DNA of 62,620 nucleotides, the filler included. It is 7 parts of 7 records of this genome, joined end to end, with 100 filler letters (N's around TTAATTAATTAA, not from the genome) between each part and the next. Parts side by side here need not be neighbours in the genome. Positions count along the whole stretch, not along the records: positions 55,338 to 62,620 come from SRR31147125_12897; 6 more parts are not named here. One strand, given 5' to 3'. The notes beneath the pieces are model-generated. The model saw only the letters and a list, made by a program, of their open reading frames with translations. It had not been told where the DNA came from and did no database searches. Numbering within the stretch: the stretch's first letter is position 1; every line of letters begins with the position of its first letter. Shown one piece after another: positions 56,488 to 62,620 of this stretch. The position numbers and the translations under genes are program-made.

Positions 56488-57354
56488 ATGAAGAAACGCT
56501 TTAGATTAGATTTCATGTTTGTTTTATTGATACTTGGCGTGCCAGTTACGGCTCAGGAAAAACAAAAGAAAGAAACCAAATCCAAATTCGGTTGGCACAA
56601 CAGCATTGTAACAGGTCTCAACCTGAACCAGACCAGTTTTGATAATTGGGCACAAGGTGGTGAAAACACCTTTGCATGGCAATTAAATCTAAACGCCCGA
56701 TTTTTAAATGACCGCGCAAAATCCTCCTGGGCCAATAGCGCAAAAATCTCTTATGGTCGGACAAGGGTTGCGAATCAATCATCACGCAAATCTATTGATG
56801 AAATAAAACTGGAAAGTGTGTATACCTACAAGATTGGCATCACAGCGAATCCATACCTTTCATTAACAGCCTTAACTCAATCATCCACTGGTTTCAGGTA
56901 TGCCGGTTCCAAAAAAACAGCTATTGCCGACTTTATGGACCCCGGTTTTTTCACCCAGGGTATTGGTTTTGGAGCAAAAATTTATGACGGCCTGTCAATG
57001 CGAATGGGTGCTGCGTTCAAAGAAACAATTACCAATGATTTCCCGCAACCCTATGCAGATAATCCAAAAACAAAAACCATCGAAAAACATAAAATTGAAA
57101 TGGGTGGTGAGTCTGTCATTGATTTCAGGAAAAAGATAACCGCAACAACTCTGGTCACCTCCAAAATAGAGTTGTTCTCTAATCTGGAACGATTTGAGGA
57201 AATCGATGTCAAATGGGATTCCATTTTTTCAACAAAAATATCAAAATATTTTGATGTGAATCTGAATGTCAAAATATTTTATGACAAGGATGTATCGAAA
57301 AAACGTCAGTTGAACCAGGCGCTTGCATTGGGCCTGTCATATACATTTCTTTAA
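56488..57354 (+). CDS. DUF3078-like outer-membrane beta-barrel protein
   Basis: Signal peptide VTA|QE, NQTSFDNWAQGGEN, RKSIDEI, terminal LGLSYTFL. Confidence 0.8.
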   Translation: MKKRFRLDFMFVLLILGVPVTAQEKQKKETKSKFGWHNSIVTGLNLNQTSFDNWAQGGENTFAWQLNLNARFLNDRAKSSWANSAKISYGRTRVANQSSRKSIDEIKLESVYTYKIGITANPYLSLTALTQSSTGFRYAGSKKTAIADFMDPGFFTQGIGFGAKIYDGLSMRMGAAFKETITNDFPQPYADNPKTKTIEKHKIEMGGESVIDFRKKITATTLVTSKIELFSNLERFEEIDVKWDSIFSTKISKYFDVNLNVKIFYDKDVSKKRQLNQALALGLSYTFL

Positions 57355-57443
57355 TAGACTGTAAAAATGTAAAGAAATATGAACTATTGTTAGATAATAT
57401 GCCCGGCTTTAATGAACCCCAGGAAACCGCTTAAACAAATTTT

Positions 57444-57487
57444 AAAAAAGAGGTTAACCTGGCATATCAAACCATGCCTGGTTAACC
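57444..57487 (-). terminator. Terminator for the minus-strand gene run
   Basis: GGTTAACCAGGCAT...ATGCCAGGTTAACC-TCTTTTTT. Confidence 0.7.
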
Positions 57488-57511
57488 ATATCATTTTTCA
57501 AAATCAAACAT

Positions 57512-57542
57512 GGGGGATTTCTTTAATGATTCCCCTTTTTTT
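57512..57542 (+). terminator. Terminator for the DUF3078 transcript
   Basis: GGGGGATT...GATTCCCC followed by T7. Confidence 0.6.
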
Positions 57543-57585
57543 AAGACCATTCAATGGTACTACCCGCTATTTTTACATTTCTTTC

Positions 57586-58071
57586 CTAACCGATCTTGTA
57601 GCCAATTTTTCGTAAAAATTCTTTTCTTTCAGCGATATCCGTCTCTGTTTCAATTCCTGTTGTACTCAGACCGTCAATGACACCAAGTACTCCCCTGCCC
57701 TGATCTGTCTCGGCAAGGATGACTTCAACAGGATTTGCTGTCGCACAGAAAAAGCGCACTATTTCAGGCACATCCCGAAGGGTTCGTAACACATTGATCG
57801 GAAAAGCATTGCCGAGAAAAAGAATAAAAACATGGCCGGCGGAAATATTCATGGCATTCTTTTTGGCTAATTCAATAAGATTTTCATCTGTGCCGGTAAA
57901 TCTCACCAATCTGGGCCCTGAAGATTCACAAAAGGCAAATCCGAATTTTATCCCTGGCACTGTGCCCACCAATGCTTCGTGGACATCTTCTATGGTTTTA
58001 ATAAAATGAGTTTGCCCCAAAACCAGATTATATTCCTTAGGATTTTCAATTTTGACGATCTTTAACTCCAT
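57586..58071 (-). CDS. Adenosine-specific kinase family protein (DUF355)
   Basis: GQTHFIKTIED, FCESSG, FPINVL, CATANP, GRGVLGVIDG, FLRKIGYK. Confidence 0.9.
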   Translation of the reverse strand: MELKIVKIENPKEYNLVLGQTHFIKTIEDVHEALVGTVPGIKFGFAFCESSGPRLVRFTGTDENLIELAKKNAMNISAGHVFILFLGNAFPINVLRTLRDVPEIVRFFCATANPVEVILAETDQGRGVLGVIDGLSTTGIETETDIAERKEFLRKIGYKIG

Positions 58072-58148
58072 TTATGTACCCTCCTTTGTTCAATATGTTC
58101 ATTCGTCTAAATTATTCATTTACAACAATAATCATGTGCCATTATTTT

Positions 58149-58829
58149 TCAGGTCAACACAGCCAGGACATCCTCTGTATCTGACAGGTCTGAAAATAAA
58201 AAATCCGGCTTGTGCTCACGTAATTGCTCCAGGCTGTAATGAGCGGCAGCCACAGCCACAGCAACAGCCCCATGTGGACGCGCACACTGGATATCTGCCG
58301 GCGTGTCCCCTATTACATAGACAGCCTCATCTTTTGGCCGAATGCCATATTGTGTTTCAAACCTGTTAATGGCAAAAGGTAAAAGTGCATTTCGATTTTC
58401 AGAATCATCAGCAAACGCACCAAATGAAAAATAATGACTTAGGCCAAAGTGTTCAAGTTTAATGCGCCCGCTTGTTTCCCAGTTGCCTGTCAAAAGCCCC
58501 AGATAAACATGTTCCTTTTTATAAAGTTCTTCAAGCAGCGATTCAATCCCTGGCATCACGACCTTGCCGTTTACAGGTACCTTTATTTCATCGTTGATGA
58601 ATTCATAATACATTTCTTTAAACTGATCAAATGTGCGCTGTTCAAAATTCTGTTCATGCTTTAAACAGGCTTCCTTTATTATTGCTGTATCTGTTCGTCC
58701 AGCCAGATTCACGCCTTTCAGGCCATCTTTAACACCATAAACGTCATGAAAAGCTCTGTTCATAGCTCTTAAACCAGCACCTCCTGAGAGCAATAATGTT
58801 CCATCAATATCAAACAGTAATACTTTCAC
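58149..58829 (-). CDS. HAD-family hydrolase (phosphoglycolate-phosphatase-like)
   Basis: FDIDGTLL, GRTD, LLTGN, IGDTPADI. Confidence 0.9.
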   Translation of the reverse strand: MKVLLFDIDGTLLLSGGAGLRAMNRAFHDVYGVKDGLKGVNLAGRTDTAIIKEACLKHEQNFEQRTFDQFKEMYYEFINDEIKVPVNGKVVMPGIESLLEELYKKEHVYLGLLTGNWETSGRIKLEHFGLSHYFSFGAFADDSENRNALLPFAINRFETQYGIRPKDEAVYVIGDTPADIQCARPHGAVAVAVAAAHYSLEQLREHKPDFLFSDLSDTEDVLAVLT

Positions 58830-58970
58830 AAATTCATTTTCCTTTTTTTAAAATATTCTAAAGATTTTACATTACCAACATTTCATATACAAAAAATATT
58901 CGTTCCTACGTTAAATCCGTCTATTCTGTGTTGCAAGCAAGATGACAAAAAAATGGGGAGGTTTCGAGCT

Positions 58971-60023
58971 TTAAAAAAAACCGACTGAAACACCAAGCCC
59001 ATTACCTTGAGGTAGTTTCAACCAGCCGTCTCTTACTTTAACGCCTTGAAATGGATCATTTTTAATCAGTAAATTCCCATCCAGATCGGCATAATCAACA
59101 AGTGGAGACAAATGTGCCGCAGCCGTAATAGATAAAGAACTGGACACCATACATCCGAGCATAATTTTCAAGCCAAGCGCACGTGCCAGATGAATCATTT
59201 TGAGCGCTTCCTGAATACCGCCAGCTTTGTCCAGTTTTATATTTATCCCATCGTAAATACCCACCAGTTTTGGAATGTCTTTTGCTGATGAAACTGCTTC
59301 ATCCGCAAAAAGAGGCAAGGGAGATTTTTCTCTTAGCGTTGCTGTTTCCGCAAGCATGTGTGCCGGCATTGGTTGTTCCACAAATTCCACATTATTTTCA
59401 GCCAGCCAATCGATTTTTTTCAGGGCACAATCCACATCTTTCCATGCCTCATTGGCATCGACTCTCACTGTTTTATCCGTTACACTACGGACAACTGCCA
59501 GAATCTGCTCGTCATTTTCCCTACCCAGCTTTATCTTTAATAGCGGAAATTCGTCAGCTTCTTTTACCTTTTGTTTCATTAATTCCACATTATCAATGCC
59601 AATAGAAAAGGATGTCTGTGGCGTTTTTTGCGGATCAAGTCCCAGAAACCTGTATAAAGAAATGTTGAGACTTTTTGTCACCCAGTCCATTAACGCCACA
59701 TCAATAGCACATTTTGCCGCTGTTTGTCCTTCACATAATTGACGGATTGATTCATTTGTTTCTACAAAATAAAACGGATTGCATGTTTCAAGTAGTGGTA
59801 TTGCCTTCTCAATCGTTTGTATTATGGATGTCCTGGATTCACCATAACGGACATTATGAGCAGCCTCTCCAAACCCAAAAATCCCATCCCTTTCCAGTGT
59901 AACAAAAACATTGTCCTTGTAGCTGCTCGTATTTCGTGAAATGGTCCAGGCATGTTTTAATTCAAGCTTTTTGGATTCAAATTTTACGTTGAATCCGCTC
60001 TCACGTTTTTTTGTATTTTTCAT
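58971..60023 (-). CDS. L-Ala-D/L-Glu dipeptide epimerase (enolase superfamily)
   Basis: ISR, KIKLG, DANE, EQP, ADE, IKLDKAGG, GCM, DLDG. Confidence 0.9.
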   Translation of the reverse strand: MKNTKKRESGFNVKFESKKLELKHAWTISRNTSSYKDNVFVTLERDGIFGFGEAAHNVRYGESRTSIIQTIEKAIPLLETCNPFYFVETNESIRQLCEGQTAAKCAIDVALMDWVTKSLNISLYRFLGLDPQKTPQTSFSIGIDNVELMKQKVKEADEFPLLKIKLGRENDEQILAVVRSVTDKTVRVDANEAWKDVDCALKKIDWLAENNVEFVEQPMPAHMLAETATLREKSPLPLFADEAVSSAKDIPKLVGIYDGINIKLDKAGGIQEALKMIHLARALGLKIMLGCMVSSSLSITAAAHLSPLVDYADLDGNLLIKNDPFQGVKVRDGWLKLPQGNGLGVSVGFF

Positions 60024-60044
60024 AAGACCGTTTATTTCCGGGAT

Positions 60045-60830
60045 TTATTTTGAAAAAAACAAAGAAATGACATTTTGTCCAAGCAAAAGTTGAATTCCCG
60101 TAATAAAGACGATAACATAAATAACACTGGTAAACGCCTCTTGCGACATTTTTTTATTGAGCCAGGCTCCTGTCAAAGTGCCAATGGGAATAATCGGAAT
60201 AAAAAGCAAATTTGCTTTCAACGTTTCCATGGTTATGAGATCGATAGAAAAATAAGGACCCAATTTTAGCAGATTCACAATCGCAAAAAACAAAACCATG
60301 GTTGACACATAAGCCCTTTTTCCCAGATTTTGCGGTAGTAAAAATAATGCAATAATGGCTCCTGCAGAATGCGCTATGGCCGAAATAAATCCCGCAGCCA
60401 GGCCAAAAAAAACACCTTGCCACCTTCCTGGTTTGAAAGAATCGGAAACATCTTTAAATTTAGACCGTATGAATTGATAAATTGCAAAAAGGATTACTAC
60501 TGATCCTATGACCTGCTTTAATCGGTCATCAGAAACATGGTCTATGACAGCCGTGCCTAAAATGATTCCCAGAAAGGCACCGGGAACAAGTAACCGTAAA
60601 TTTCGCCAATCCCAGTGACCACGATGATGATATATGGTAAACCAATCTGCAATTATGAGCAAAGGTAATAAAAAACCGACAACTGTTTTCGCCGGAAATA
60701 TAAGAGTCAACAAGGGTGTCGACAATAAACCAACACCTCCTCCAAATCCGGCCTTTGAAACACCAATTAACAAAACCGCTATAACGGAAAGACTGACACA
60801 AATTAAAAGAGAATAATTACTGGCAAGCAT
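60045..60830 (-). CDS. TauE/SafE (TSUP) family transporter
   Basis: GVSKAGFGGG, PLLIIAD, AGFISAIAHSAG, NLLKLGPY. Confidence 0.88.
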   Translation of the reverse strand: MLASNYSLLICVSLSVIAVLLIGVSKAGFGGGVGLLSTPLLTLIFPAKTVVGFLLPLLIIADWFTIYHHRGHWDWRNLRLLVPGAFLGIILGTAVIDHVSDDRLKQVIGSVVILFAIYQFIRSKFKDVSDSFKPGRWQGVFFGLAAGFISAIAHSAGAIIALFLLPQNLGKRAYVSTMVLFFAIVNLLKLGPYFSIDLITMETLKANLLFIPIIPIGTLTGAWLNKKMSQEAFTSVIYVIVFITGIQLLLGQNVISLFFSK

Positions 60831-60895
60831 TGGACCTCTGGTTTAAAATAGCATATTCAAGCATTTCCCGGATAAATATCTAATTGCGACAGGGA

Positions 60896-61078
60896 TTATA
60901 ATCCTCTGAGGAAATAAAGTATTAACTTTACTATAGGCCATGTAAACAAAATCACCATAAGAATGGCAATATATTTTAATGTTGGTTTTTGTCTTGGGAA
61001 TTCATATCCACAAACAGGACAGAGCTTATGATACTCTTTAATTTCAACAGCACATGAAGGGCATTCTTTTTTCGACAA
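60896..61078 (-). CDS. Small zinc-ribbon membrane protein
   Basis: CPSC-X10-CPVCGYEF followed by a TM helix; GAGG RBS before the TTG start. Confidence 0.75.
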   Translation of the reverse strand: MSKKECPSCAVEIKEYHKLCPVCGYEFPRQKPTLKYIAILMVILFTWPIVKLILYFLRGL

Positions 61079-61441
61079 TCAAAAACCTCGCAACATTATT
61101 TATTATGTTCATTAATGTCTGTCTATTATGGGCCATAGTGCCTGTGTTGTAAAACAGATTTTTATTTCAGGCAACGTTCTTATTTTTTCCATTACCGACC
61201 TTTTTATAATTGAATCATCTATAATCCGGTTTGGAATAAGGCCAGGTAATATTAGCTAAAATGCCTCTAAATTACAAGTATAAAGTACTCATGGTGTTGA
61301 ATGATAAACGAAATTATGACCTTTCGCATTTGTTTTAATCAAGGTATATTATTTTGGAATTTATTGTCGTTTTTACCGGTTGATAATACGCGTGGCAGGC
61401 AATTTAGAAACAGGATCTTACAAGAGCATCATGAAGATTCA

Positions 61442-61470
61442 TTGACAATACAAAAACATTTTTTTATATT
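61442..61470 (+). promoter_or_regulatory. Sigma70 promoter
   Basis: TTGACA-N17-TATATT. Confidence 0.75.
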
Positions 61471-61608
61471 GTGCACGAAATTATCACTTTTAATACCGGA
61501 TGTCATTTAGAAATGATCCATTAATTCATGCGCAGGTCACACCTGAAACAGGGGTTAACACCCTCGCGACTTTGTTCCCTTTTACTCCATAAATAGAAAG
61601 GACGATAT

Positions 61609-62620
61609 ATGAAAGATCCCAGATATGATAATTTAGCGCAAGTCCTTATTCAACATTCTACCAAACTTGAAAAAGGCGAAAAGATCCTCATTGAAGCCAT
61701 CGACATTCCCCCTGACATGGTTATCTCTTTAATGCGAGCTGCCAAAAATGCCGGTGGTACACCACTGGTTACCATTAAACAAAATGCCATTCTCAGAGAA
61801 TTATACTCCATGGCCAGCGAAGAATCCATGAACATGATCGGGAAACTGGAAGCTGCCCGTATGGACCAGGTCGACGCCTACATCGGATTAAGAGGAAGCC
61901 ATAATATTACCGAGCTTTCGGATGTGCCAAACGATAAAATGAAATTATATCAAACGCATTGGTGGAAACCTGTCCATATTGACATCCGCGTGCCTAAAAC
62001 AAAATGGGTTGTCTTGCGCTGGCCGCATCCATCCATGGCACAACAGGCACAAATGAGCACAGAAGCCTTTGAAGAATTTTATTTTAACGTTTGTACACTG
62101 GACTATAACAAAATGTCAAAAGCCATGGACGCTCTGGTTAATCGCATCGAAAATACAGACAAGGTCCATATTATTGGTGCCGATACAGATCTCACATTTT
62201 CCATTAAGGGCATGGCTGCCGTAAAATGTGATGGTGCACGTAACATCCCGGACGGAGAAGTCTATACCGCACCGATTAAAAACTCGGTTAACGGCACACT
62301 GGCTTATACAGCCCGCACCATTTACCAGGGCATAACCCACGAAAACATCTGTCTGACGTTCAAAGATGGAAAAATTGTAAAAGCTACGTCAGACAAAACA
62401 GATGAATTAAATAAAGTTCTCAATACAGATGATGGAGCCCGTTATATTGGCGAATTTGCTTTTGGTGTGAATCCTTATATAACAAAACCAATGCTGGATA
62501 TTCTTTTTGATGAAAAAATTGGCGGCTCCTTTCACTTTACACCAGGTGCCGCCTATGATGAAGCAGATAATGGCAACCGGTCTGAAGTACATTGGGATAT
62601 GGTCTGCATCCAAACACCGG
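61609..62620 (+). CDS. M29 aminopeptidase (AmpS/aminopeptidase T), 3'-truncated; absent from the ORF track
   Basis: MKDPRYDNLAQVLIQHS..., KWVVLRWP, NIPDGEVYTAP, YIGEFAFG, ILFDEKIGGSFH, NRSEVHWD; AAGGA RBS. Confidence 0.93.
   Translation, partial: MKDPRYDNLAQVLIQHSTKLEKGEKILIEAIDIPPDMVISLMRAAKNAGGTPLVTIKQNAILRELYSMASEESMNMIGKLEAARMDQVDAYIGLRGSHNITELSDVPNDKMKLYQTHWWKPVHIDIRVPKTKWVVLRWPHPSMAQQAQMSTEAFEEFYFNVCTLDYNKMSKAMDALVNRIENTDKVHIIGADTDLTFSIKGMAAVKCDGARNIPDGEVYTAPIKNSVNGTLAYTARTIYQGITHENICLTFKDGKIVKATSDKTDELNKVLNTDDGARYIGEFAFGVNPYITKPMLDILFDEKIGGSFHFTPGAAYDEADNGNRSEVHWDMVCIQTP

Noticed and set aside
57412..57615. 67-aa ORF
   Set aside because: Runs through two terminators and overlaps the DUF355 stop; no motif.
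61301..61510. 69-aa ORF
   Set aside because: Spans the aminopeptidase promoter; no RBS or motif.
61525..61570. c-di-GMP-I riboswitch or hammerhead ribozyme
   Set aside because: Lacks the GGCAAAC...GACGCAAA and CTGATGA cores.

Overview
The window is not one locus. It is seven contigs joined by artificial 100-nt spacers (N44-TTAATTAATTAA-N44): 1-13168, 13269-18419, 18520-28516, 28617-40072, 40173-49766, 49867-55237 and 55338-62620. Five look like Bacteroidota (SusC/D pairs, ECF sigma/FecR, TAnnTTTG promoters, Gln-start secreted proteins). Contig 2 is a Clostridia-like dgt-dnaG-rpoD-trmK-nif3 core operon. Contig 7 comes from another diderm with TTGACA/TATATT promoters and Shine-Dalgarno sites. 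No rRNA, tRNA, CRISPR array or transposase was recognised. Six genes carry single-base frameshifts, five in homopolymers, most likely sequencing errors. Most notable observations: (1) contig 3 reverse-complemented joins contig 1 inside a fused, eukaryote-type 5-oxoprolinase, giving a YcsG/NRAMP-like transporter - oxoprolinase - DUF819 locus; (2) a susC upstream region combining a sigma54-like promoter, three TGT-N10/11-ACA enhancer-like boxes, a structured leader and a candidate antisense sRNA; (3) a DonS-like antisense sRNA candidate between fecR and susC; (4) a 1688-aa adhesin-like protein that lacks a T9SS CTD and ends in a short Pro-rich tail; (5) a >2970-aa HYR-repeat protein preceded by helically phased direct repeats; (6) a diverged copy of an esterase 3' end bracketing a 2.7-kb two-gene insert. 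All regulatory and ncRNA calls are sequence-pattern inferences and are untested.
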